A stretch of DNA of 64,000 nt. Origin: Octopus sinensis (taxonomy: Eukaryota). Positions 14,251 through 25,005 of the stretch are shown piece after piece. The stretch is taken from positions 3,720,001 to 3,784,000 of the forward strand of contig NC_043009.1 of NCBI RefSeq assembly GCF_006345805.1, in the 5' to 3' direction. Numbering within the stretch: the stretch's first letter is position 1; the number at the start of each line of letters is the position of its first letter. The position numbers were made by a program, and so were the translations under genes. A model generated the notes under the pieces. The model ran no database searches and was not told the origin of the DNA. It saw nothing but the letters and a program-made list of their open reading frames with translations.

Positions 14251-14857
14251 CGAGCTGACAGAATCGTTGGCACATTCCGCTGAGGTCGACTTTGCCTTTC
14301 ATCCTTTCGGGGTCGATAAATTAAGTACCAGTTACGCACAGGGGTCGATGTAATCGATTTAATCGCTTTGTCTGTCCTTGCTTGTCCCCTCTATGTTTAG
14401 CCCCTTGTGGGCAATAAAGAAATAAGAATCGTTGGCACATCTGGCGAAATAATTAGCGGCATCAGGTCCGTCTTCACGTTCTGGGTTTAAATTCCACTGT
14501 TGTAGACTTTGCCTTTCGTCCATTCGAGCTCGATAAAATAAGGACCATTTGAGTACAGGGTTTGATGCCATCGACTTACCTCTTCTCCATCTTGGTGGTC
14601 TCGTGCCAAAATCTGAAACCAATATTAGCGGCAGCAAAGGCGGCGAGCTGACAGAATCGTTACCCGTGCAGGGCAAAATGCTTAGCGACATTTAGTCCAT
14701 CTTTATGTTCAGAGTTAAAATTCGGCTGAGGTCAACATTGCCTTTCACCACTTCAGGGTCGATAAAATAAATACCAGATGAACACTGGTATTGATGTAAT
14801 CGATTTACACTCTGTCCCACAAATCCTTGCCTCGAGCTAAAATTTGAAACCAATATC
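14251..14857 (+). mobile_element. cluster of three family-A SINEs (two with the alternative ...gaaaccaatat tail)
   Basis: Repeated gagctgacagaatcgtt heads and gtcgat bodies at ~14251, ~14426 and ~14638. Confidence 0.8.
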
Positions 14858-15346
14858 GGTGGCACGGAGCCATAAACCAAATATATTAAATGAATTTTTT
14901 TCATGCCATTTGTAACTCGTTGTAATTCATGATCATTTGCATTTCTTTAAGAACATGTTTCTTTTCATACACCTGTCCGTAATGTAAAGAATCATTAATG
15001 GAAAAGTAATTCCAGAACATTTCGCTTACTTCATCATCAGCATACGATGTTAGTGAATCCTTAAATCATCTGTCTCTGCTTTTTAGCCACCTCCAGAATT
15101 TGTGCAAATGATAAGTTTAGATGCAGAACAAGTAATTGCTTTTAAATAAAAACGATCTACAATTGTTGCAAACGTCTTTTCAATTTGGTAAAATTAGTAA
15201 TCACAACGGAGTTACGGAATGTCCACAATAGATTCCAAAGCTCGTTAAGCAAATTTAACATCATTACGTAATTTCTTCAACGTCTAGTTATCAGGAAACG
15301 AATTGAAAACATTATGGCACAGAACACAATACGTTTCAAAAAGTCT

Positions 15347-15618
15347 GCGAGCTGGCAGAATCGTTAGCACGCCGGGCGAAATGCGTGGCCGTATTTCGTC
15401 TGCCGTTACGTTCTGAGTTCAAATTCCGCCTATGTTGACTTTGCCTTTCATCCTTTCGAGGTCGATAAATTAAGTACCGGTTACGCACTTAGTGGTTCGG
15501 CAAAAGAGACCGATAGGATAAGTACTAGGCTTACAAAGAATAGGTCCCGGGGTCGATTAGCTCGACTAAAGGCGGTGCTCCAGCATGGCCGCAGTGGAAT
15601 GACTGAAATAAGTGAAAG
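15347..15618 (+). mobile_element. chimeric SINE: family A 5' two-thirds fused to family B 3' tail
   Basis: 15347-15489 is family A up to gttacgcact. 15490-15618 is the family B tail (tagtggttcggcaaaagagaccgata...ccagcatggccgcagt). Confidence 0.8.
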
Positions 15619-15894
15619 ATGTAAAAATAACTATTACAAACATTTAGATAAATATAGCACAACTCCAGAAGCGAAGAAGAATCTTTAGCCTCTTACATAA
15701 CATATATTATTGTTAAATACCACAGAGCTACTTTTTGGTGATAAATCTGAACGCAGGTGAACCAATATAATTAATACGGAGTTTGATGTAGAAGTCATGT
15801 AGACAATGTCCAAACGCAGTTATACTTTGAATAAACAAATGTAATTTGTGTCACATTTGACAATTTTATCCCAATGAAAGAATAGTTTTGTTTT

Positions 15895-16196
15895 ATTGTT
15901 CCATCTCAAGCCACGCCTGGCTCATAAGGGCCAGTTTCCTGGTTTCCTTGGCGTATAGGCTCCCCACCTGGCCGGGACGCCGGTCTGTCGCAGGTGAGCT
16001 GCAAGATGCAGGAAGAAAGAGTGACAGAAAGTTGTGGCGAAAGAGTCAGCAGAAGTTTCGCCATTACCTTCTGCCAGAGCCGCGTGGAGCTTAGGTGTTT
16101 CGCTCATAAACACACGCATTGCCCGGTCTGAGATTCGAACTCGCGATCCCTCGACCGCGAGTCAGCTGCTCTAACCACTAGGCCATGTGCCTCCAC
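15895..16196 (-). mobile_element. tRNA-derived SINE, family C
   Basis: Minus head gtggaggcacatggcctagtggttagagcagc...gagttcgaatctc has clear A and B boxes. Related to 30432 and 60899. Confidence 0.85.
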
Positions 16197-16832
16197 CAAG
16201 TTTTGTTGTATTAGCAATAAACAACGCTGTAAATTTAATCAGGTTCATACTAGCAAATATTACCTTTCTTTTATGAAAACACTTCTTGAAGTTGTAACTG
16301 TTGTAAGTTACAAAATATTGTATTTAATATTTAGATAATTTAGAATGTTCGTATATCCATGTGGTTATTCAGAATGAATCCTAGGTCATTGGTAAAGCTG
16401 ATATGAATTCTTTAATGAATCTATTGGTTCTCATGCAGGATTGGTATATGCGCAATGATAAAAAGCTACATCTCAGATCATTTACATTAAAGATTTCCCG
16501 CACTACAATTCGGTCAATGCAGAAATGACATCTTCTTAATATACTGCAATATAACCGATCGTGAATTAGACAGATTTAGAAGATATCCCCAATAAATTAT
16601 TTAATAAATAGGTTTATGAATTACAGTTAACACTAATCTTAATATAATTAATTCTATAGAAATTAACTTAAATTTAGATAGGAATAAATTTTGCCATTAT
16701 CGAAAAGGTAACGAAATATTATTAACTCAGAAATTCAATCATTTATCCAATATTCTGAGGAATTAAATCCTTAAAGTTACTAAGCGCTCATTCCTCATTA
16801 CCTTCAAATTAGGTTACCTTTCATTAGTGTTG

Positions 16833-16833
<1 letters not shown>

Positions 16834-16922
<89 letters not shown>

Positions 16923-16957
16923 TGATGATGATGATGATAATGATGATGATGATGATG
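16834..16957. repeat. (TAA)n/(TGA)n microsatellite
   Basis: Directly visible. Confidence 0.95.
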
Positions 16958-17615
16958 AAATGCCTCTCTAGAGATAAAATACAATGTACGATAGGATGTA
17001 ATATTCCTAGAAACAAAAATAAACCAAGAAATATTTTGTGTTATAAGGCAACTTATAGTTTAAACGTACAGACAAATATCAGAAATTGTCAGAATGGACT
17101 TTATTGAAATTTCTCAATGTATCTTTCATATGAGGTTTTCAAAAGACACATGATTTACGGCAAACTAGTCTTGCTCTAAAACATTTGCGGGTTCAATTAG
17201 CGATTTATTCATTTGATTAACTTGCCGTTGGTGAGACGTAAAACAGTATTTAATTTGAAAGACATTTTGAGAACGTATATAAGTGCATATACCTTTGACT
17301 TCCTAAACATTCTAAGAGATATTTCTAGTTCATGGAAAGTGTAACAGACCGGACGTTATGAACAGTAGGGTATTTTGCGACAAATTATAGTCGAAGGCCT
17401 TAACGGAAGACACGACATGACAGCTCCGAGATATATTTCTCCATGCTGTACACTCGCTTTTAATTCACATATACTCTTTCAATCTGTGCGACTCACTTGC
17501 CCTTGGAATGTATTTAATATCTAGATCTCGTTGTAAGGGTCACGCAATTTACAACTCAATACGTTTTGTTTTATTTTTGATCGAAGATATGTGTATATGT
17601 ATGCATATATATATC

Positions 17616-17652
<37 letters not shown>

Positions 17653-17770
17653 CAATTAAGGAACGGCCATAATAGGCCATTCACCCACTAGAAATAACAG
17701 CCAAAGCTTCTACCGCAAATAAAGATCAATTCCGTAAACAGGAGAAAATTAAAAAAACATTTACCCTGTA

Positions 17771-17877
17771 ATTTCTTGTACGGTATACCGTTTCATCCGC
17801 TGTTTAATGGTAAACTAACCTGATTAAATTAAATCAAGCCAATCTTCCATAAGCCCTCGGATTCTTCAGCAAGAAAT
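17771..17877 (-). ncRNA. type I hammerhead ribozyme, copy 1
   Basis: Reverse complement of the motif at 18521-18627. Predicted cut between 17779 and 17778. Confidence 0.85.
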
Positions 17878-18263
17878 AGCTCAAGTCGGAACAGATATAT
17901 ACACGAGGCATACCCAATCTTGTCAAGTCAATATCTGACCTAAAATTTTCAAATCGTCGCACTCGCGCCAAATTTATCGGCAGCAAATAAATATCAGCCG
18001 TCGATTCCATTACGGAATTAACCAAAAAATTCATAATTAATCAATATAGGGTGGCAAGGAAAATTTTGTAGAATTTTATTGCCACCGGCGGCCCAGCGGG
18101 AAAAAAAATTAAATAGTCATAGACCATTTTTAAGTTCAACATTAACAATTAAGGAACGGCCATAATAGGCCATTCACCCACTAGAAATAACAGCCAAAGC
18201 TTCTACCGCAAATAAAGATCAATTCCGTAAACAGGAGAAAATTAAAAAAACATTTACCCTGTA

Positions 18264-18370
18264 ATTTCTTGTACGGTATACCGTTTCATCCGCTGTTTAA
18301 TGGTAAACTAACCTGATTAAATTAAATCAAGCCAATCTTCCATAAGCCCTCGGATTCTTCAGCAAGAAAT
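18264..18370 (-). ncRNA. type I hammerhead ribozyme, copy 2
   Basis: Same motif, 493 bp from copy 1. Predicted cut between 18272 and 18271. Confidence 0.85.
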
Positions 18371-18520
18371 AGCTCAAGTCGAAACAGATATATACACGAG
18401 GCATACCCAATCTTGCCAAGTCAATATCTGACCTAAAATTTTCAAATCGTCGCACTCGGTCAGATATTGACTTGGCAAGATTGGGTATGCCTCGTGTATA
18501 TATCTGTTCCGACTTGAGCT

Positions 18521-18627
18521 ATTTCTTGCTGAAGAATCCGAGGGCTTATGGAAGATTGGCTTGATTTAATTTAATCAGGTTAGTTTACCATTAAACAGCG
18601 GATGAAACGGTATACCGTACAAGAAAT
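18521..18627 (+). ncRNA. type I hammerhead ribozyme, copy 3
   Basis: Stem I AUUUCUUG(18521-28)/CAAGAAAU(18620-27). Core CUGAAGA(18529-35). Stem II AUCCG(18536-40)/CGGAU(18599-603) with a long internal hairpin. GAAA(18604-07). Stem III ACGG-UAUA-CCGU. Cleavage triplet GUA, cut after 18619. Confidence 0.9.
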
Positions 18628-19016
18628 TACAGGGTAAATGTTTTTTTAATTTTCTCCTGTTTACGGAATTGATCTTTATTTGCGGTAGAAGCTTTGGCTG
18701 TTATTTCTAGTGGGTGAATGGCCTATTATGGCCGTTCCTTAATTGTTAATGTTGAACTTAAAAATGGTCTATGACTATTTAATTTTTTTTTTTCCCGCTG
18801 GGCCGCCGGTGGCAATAAAATTCTACAAAATTTTCCTTGCCACCCTATATTGATTAATTATGAATTTTTTGGTTAATTCCGTAATGGAATCGACGGCTGA
18901 TATTTATTTGCTGCCGATAAATTTGGCGCGAGTGCGACGATTTGAAAATTTTAGGTCAGATATTGACTTGGCAAGATTGGGTATGCCTCGTGTATATATC
19001 TGTTCCGACTTGAGCT

Positions 19017-19123
19017 ATTTCTTGCTGAAGAATCCGAGGGCTTATGGAAGATTGGCTTGATTTAATTTAATCAGGTTAGTTTACCATTAAACAGCGGATG
19101 AAACGGTATACCGTACAAGAAAT
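19017..19123 (+). ncRNA. type I hammerhead ribozyme, copy 4
   Basis: Identical core and stems. Predicted cut after 19115 (496 nt after copy 3, which has 3 extra T). Confidence 0.9.
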
Positions 19124-19509
19124 TACGGGGTAAATGTTTTTTTAATTTTCTCCTGTTTACGGAATTGATCTTTATTTGCGGTAGAAGCTTTGGCTGTTAT
19201 TTCTAGTGGGTGAATGGCCTATTATGGCCGTTCCTTAATTGTTAATGTTGAACTTAAAAATGGTCTATGACTATTTAATTTTTTTTCCCGCTGGGCCGCC
19301 GGTGGCAATAAAATTCTACAAAATTTTCCTTGCCACCCTATATTGATTAATTATGAATTTTTTGGTTAATTCCGTAATGGAATCGACGGCTGATATTTAT
19401 TTGCTGCCGATAAATTTGGCGCGAGTGCGACGATTTGAAAATTTTAGGTCAGATATTGACTTGGCAAGATTGGGTATGCCTCGTGTATATATCTGTTCCG
19501 ACTTGAGCT

Positions 19510-19616
19510 ATTTCTTGCTGAAGAATCCGAGGGCTTATGGAAGATTGGCTTGATTTAATTTAATCAGGTTAGTTTACCATTAAACAGCGGATGAAACGGT
19601 ATACCGTACAAGAAAT
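19510..19616 (+). ncRNA. type I hammerhead ribozyme, copy 5
   Basis: Identical core and stems. Predicted cut after 19608 (493 nt after copy 4). Confidence 0.9.
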
Positions 19617-21103
19617 TACAGGGTAAATGTTTTTTTAATTTTCTCCTGTTTACGGAATTGATCTTTATTTGCGGTAGAAGCTTTGGCTGTTATTTCTAGT
19701 GGGTGAATGGCCTATTATGGCCGTTCCTTAATTGTTAATGTTGAACTTAAAAATGGTCTATGACTATTTAATTTTTTTTCACGCTGGGCCGCCGGTGGCA
19801 ATAAAATTCTACAAAATTTTCCTTGCCACCCTATATTGATTAATTATATATATATATATATATATTTATGTATGTATATATGTGCGTATGTTTGTGTACA
19901 CGCTCGCGTGTGCATGCGTGTATGTTTGTCTGTATGCATACATGTATGAAACTGAAGTAGATAAACGAAATTTATACAGCACACAAACATGTTTCTACGC
20001 GTTTTTACATACATTTATGCATGCATATCTACACACACACTACACACTACACTCACATATACCCGCACGCATATATACATATATAAAGGATCAGTCAACA
20101 TCCGCGTATGGTAGAAAACACGCTCCAGACGTATCGTGTACTAAGATTGAATTAAGTAACAGATCGTCGGAAACGAATATCCTCGGAAACGACGCCACCA
20201 TGCCTTTGCTTATATTAATTGAAGCTCTATTAAAAAATAAATAAATATAGGCTATGGAGTAATTTAGCATTGGAATAATAAGATTACTAAATGAAATACC
20301 AGGCTAGGGCTGGATTCGATCAACTATCATATTCCTTCGAAATTGTTGACCATATGGATAATCGTAATATATGAATAATATAAAGAAGATCGTGTTTATG
20401 TTATATGAGACTCAATACTGGTAAGTTTTGTTTCTATTCTTTTACTGATTTCTCTTCGAAATTATTCTAATGTTATAAATATAGCACAATAGAACATTCA
20501 CCGGAACAAAGACTGCCAGAACCTAACATCTCTGGAATAAAATAATGGTCGACAAATGTATATTTTACACACGAATAAAATGGCAGCTGTTATAACATTC
20601 ATATTTTTCCTAAAAGAATTTATCAACGACGTAAATGATAGAGAATGGCTTCCTCTCTGTTGCACAAAATCAGCAGCGTATATATTGTCCTAGAATTCTC
20701 GCTATAAAATAGTTCGTGACATTAATTGCATTGTAGACTCAATAAACTATTGTCAGCGTTCCCATTATTGTACTTATAATACTTAATTAAATGTGTGAAA
20801 TAACTTGTTAAGAAAATTGCAATTTTTGAACTGTTAACTGTATATTTAGAGATGAAATTAATAAAGAATAGCATCTTATATATATCTATACAGTCGTTTT
20901 ATTTAGTCTAACCTTTAGTCGTCACCGCGATGGTTAGCTGGAAGATAAATTATTTCACTGATATTTCCAGCATGCTCAGCGAATGATTTCAAACTTTTTT
21001 CTGATGTCTCTAAGCGCAAGACAAAAAGAGTTATTAATATCTAAGGCTAGTCCTCTATTATAAGCGAGCGTATGAAAAAAGTTAACTAATTCTCAGTTAA
21101 CAT

Positions 21104-21586
21104 GGGCGTAGGAGTGACTGCGTGGTAAGTACCTTGTATAAGAACCACGTGGTTCCGGGTTCAATCCCACTGCGTGGCACATTGGGCAAGTGTCTTCTAC
21201 TCTTTTATTTGTTTCAGTCACTTGACTGTGGCCATGCTGGAGCACCGCCTAAGTCGAGCAAATCGACCCCAGGACTTATTCTTTGTAAGCCTAGTACGTA
21301 TTCTATCGTTAAGTTACGGGGACGTAAACACACCAGCATCAGTCGTCAAGCGATGTTGGGGGGACAAACAGAGACACACAAACATACCCACACACACACA
21401 CACACATAAATACATATATATACATATATACGACGGGCATCTATCAGTTTCCGTCTACCAGATTCAATGACGAGGCTTTGGCCGGCTTCAGGCTATGGTA
21501 GAAGACACTTGTCCACGGGACCAAGCAGTGGGATTGAACCCAGAACCATGTGGTTAGTAAGCAAGCTACTTACCACTCAGCCACTC
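21104..21586. mobile_element. family B SINE head (+, 21104-21200) abutting a near-full family B SINE (-, 21201-21586)
   Basis: gggcgtaggagtgactgcgtggtaag...gggttcaatccc on +. The tail, internal (CA)n and head of a second copy are on -. Confidence 0.85.
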
Positions 21587-21669
21587 ATATATATATATTA
21601 TATTAAATTAGAGATAAAACCACTACTAGGCAAAATGTATGTATGTATGTATGTATGTATATATAACTA

Positions 21670-21738
<69 letters not shown>

Positions 21739-22375
21739 ATATATATATAGTTATATATACATACACACATACATATGAGTAAATACATGCATATCAAAAC
21801 AGTTGCAGTGGCATTGCACTTCTGACCAATCAGTGGACAGTCCCTTGGCGATATCTCTCCTACGATTCGTGCCTGCAATAACCCTACAGATAAACTTAAT
21901 AGAATGGACACTTAGGTTAATTAGGAAGCTGCTATCAATGTTCTTATCGTCACACGAAGCTGATGTTGGCTGATGATAGAACAAGCTACACTTTCTGACA
22001 GGAAGGAAGGGAATTTTAAACTAACAGTGAACTGTAATAAAACAACTATTATGAAAGCAGAAACAAAAATATATGTATGTAAAAGAGCATAAGGGTACAT
22101 TGATTGGTCTAATAAATACACAATGAGAAAAGGAAGAGGAGAAGGAAAAGAAAATAAGCCACATTTCTCCTTAATGAAATGCAATATTTAGTTAGAAAAT
22201 ATATGTGTTTCACTGAAATGAATATAAAGAAAATGAAACAAAATAAATAAAAGATGACATGCATGTATGTATGTATGTATGTATGTATGTATGTATGTAT
22301 GTATCTCTTTATTTCTATGTATATATATATATATATACATATCTATCTATACATATGCACATACATACATGTATG

Positions 22376-22479
<104 letters not shown>

Positions 22480-23344
22480 GCACTCGCGTGGACATCTTAA
22501 GGGTAACGCGACATACATACATTCTTAGATAGAAATGCGAGCAGAAAGAAAGGTTAAAATAATAACACATAAAACAGAACTAAAGAACATCAAATCGTAC
22601 GAAGCTGTTCATGAGAAAAGCTTCTCTACATTCAGTATGCAGTATATAATATGACCTAGATACATGGTTGCTTACTCTTCTAGAAATAACAGCCAAAACC
22701 GCTCAAATTACTTTCAACCTATGAGTAGTTTCTCCCTACATATCCCTTAAAAAGGAGACGATTACGTTCGGAGTCCTCTCAAAACCAGATTATTAAATCT
22801 GAGATGAAACAATTACTCTACATATAGTAGAATTGAATCTGATAGCCAAAATGCTTGCAGAGTCTGTACTTATTTCATTAAATAAATACTGGACTGTTAA
22901 ATCCACATCCGATATGCCTACGGTAATATATACTGATTTGTTTAATTCAATCAACGAACATTAGAATATTATAGAGCCAAATGATTGAGCGCTGGTTTAT
23001 TTTTTGAGTACTGCGATTGCTTAGGCTTATTGACTTGATAATATTTAACTTAAACTATCTGGCTCCAGATAATGTATTGATAAGGAAGTTATCAATACAT
23101 TCCTTATTGATAACTAATAAAGCATCGAAGACTATAGAGATATAATCAAAAGCGATCCAGCTGTGGGTACAACGACTTTTATCGCCTAACTATGGTTGCT
23201 ATTTTGAACAAGATGGTCAGTACCGAAAACCTTTGGTTGTTAGTGGCGCTTCAGGTGCATTTCCGTTATTCCCGTTTAAATGGCTCCTAAATTCCATTGT
23301 ACATTGTTTGGTCATGAATCTTAGAATTAGAAAAAAGTGTTGGT

Positions 23345-23530
23345 TTGATTTGTATATTCGTGAGAGTAGATTTGGGTATCTTTTATAATTTTTCATTGAA
23401 TTTGCTTATGTTTGGGGGTTCATTATGGAATGGTACTGCTTGGTCAAATATTGTTTTGTCGGAAGAGTTTAAGGAGATTACAGGGCTTAGGTTCCTGACT
23501 AGTTTCTTTATTATTAAAGGTGGGTGGTCA
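23345..23530 (-). pseudogene. Penelope-like element RT C-terminal/linker fragment
   Basis: Minus-strand translation DHPPLIIKKLVRNLSPVISLNSSDKTIFDQAVPFHNEPPNISKFNEKL* resembles the PLE motif HPP.IIK.IP..I..R.S..SS....F..A.P.Y..AL..SG..EKL (recalled consensus, not searched). Confidence 0.6.
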
Positions 23531-23557
23531 TTCTCTCTCTCTCTCTCTTTCATTGTT

Positions 23558-23595
<38 letters not shown>

Positions 23596-23804
23596 TCTCT
23601 CTCTCTCTCTCTATCCTTCTCTCTCTCTCTCTCTATCCTTCTCTCTCTCTCTCTCTCTCTCTCTCTGTAGGTATATATTTACACACTCACTTATTTGTAA
23701 TTCCTTGTGATTTGTATGCACTTCAGTGTTTGAGTGTGTGTCCGTTGCGGGTACGTGTATATGTATATGTGTGTGTGTGTGTGCGTATGTGTGTGTGTGT
23801 GTGT

Positions 23805-23836
<32 letters not shown>

Positions 23837-24919
23837 GAGAAAGAGATAAAATCTCTTGGCTGTTATTACTTCGTCGTCGTGTGTGTCGGTCTGCATCTAG
23901 GAGAGTTTACATTAAGACTTACATATATAAACATATAACACACTCCAGTTAAGAAAAGAAAAACCGAAAAGAACCTATGACTTTTCCCATGTCATCTGTT
24001 CTTCCCCAAACACCAAATACACTCTATCACCTTTCTCATTATTTCAAAGATTCAAGCTCTCTCATGACACTCCACAGTGCTTCCATTCTGCCGGTATAAC
24101 CATCGTGAAGCACATTTCTAAAATTCAGACTCCTGTCACCTACAACCATTTCGTGACCTCCCCGTTAACAGTTAAACATGAATTGTTATTTTGAATACGT
24201 AAAAATAAAAAAAAAATAACAACTTTACCCGGAATAACGAAGACACTGTTTAATATAATACTCTCATTGACTACTCGCTATATATGATTTATATTTGGTA
24301 TTAAATTGTTTCCTTATAAAGAGAAAATAGTAATTACCATTCTTTCATGTTCTTTGTTAGTTTATGTGAGCTGCTTTCTGAACTGGACTTAATTCGATCC
24401 ACAGTCATTCAGGCACAGATCTTCTAAGGCCGCTGCGTAGCACAAGTAAACATGTGTCTGTTTACTTAAGAAACCTGCGTATTTAATCATCACGCGAACG
24501 TACTATTTAACAACGTTGCCTTTATGAGGGCGCTTGACGTGCTATTATTAGCCACTGAATCTCTCGCGTGTCGTAAAATAGCACCCAAGACAAAAGCGTT
24601 TTGGAACAACCTACAATAACTTAATCCTAGAAATATTATGCCCAAAACATAGTATGAAACAACTCTCTCTTTCTATGTATGTATGTATGTTATGTAGGCA
24701 TATACATACGTATATGTATATATATATATATATATAATAATAAATATTAGGGAATATATCCAAATTTACAGGGAAAAAAAAAATCAGATTTAGGATTAAT
24801 CCAATTTTATAGTAAAATTTATAAATATTATTTGAGACAAAACCACTATTTTCACTGCAAAAAACAAACAAGGAAAGACTTAATCAATACATAAAATTAT
24901 TATAATAGTCAAAAAAAAC

Positions 24920-24963
24920 CGCCACTACAATCGTTTCTGTCTTGATCGACAATCTTCAGGGAC
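24920..24963 (-). ncRNA. minimal type I hammerhead, inverted copy with damaged stem I
   Basis: Minus: GUCC-CUGAAGA-U-UGUC(GAUCAA)GACA-GAAACGAUUGUA-GUGGCGG. Core intact, but a 2-nt deletion breaks stem I. Confidence 0.55.
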
Positions 24964-25005
24964 TTCCAATAATTCAGTTACAAATTTGTAACTGAATTAT
25001 TGGAA

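Larger units (their letters stand above)
17648..19847. mobile_element. hammerhead-bearing 493-bp tandem/foldback array (non-LTR retrozyme or Penelope pseudo-LTR array)
   Basis: 493-bp period (attaacaattaagg at 17648 and 18141; the same ORF at 18860 and 19353). Left arm 17648-18457 has 1.6 units, right arm 18458-19847 has 2.8 units in the opposite orientation. Copies differ by only a few bases. (TA)n on both sides. One hammerhead per unit. Confidence 0.9.

Noticed and set aside
16100-16196. tRNA gene-like sequence (also 30432, 60899, 21104)
   Set aside because: A/B boxes are present but there is no complete cloverleaf or acceptor stem, and the sequence continues into SINE body. These are SINE heads.
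17648-19847. CRISPR-like or simple satellite interpretation of the 493-bp array
   Set aside because: No unique spacers, no cas genes and a eukaryotic context. The units are whole-length near-identical and carry a ribozyme, and the array is short and inverted.
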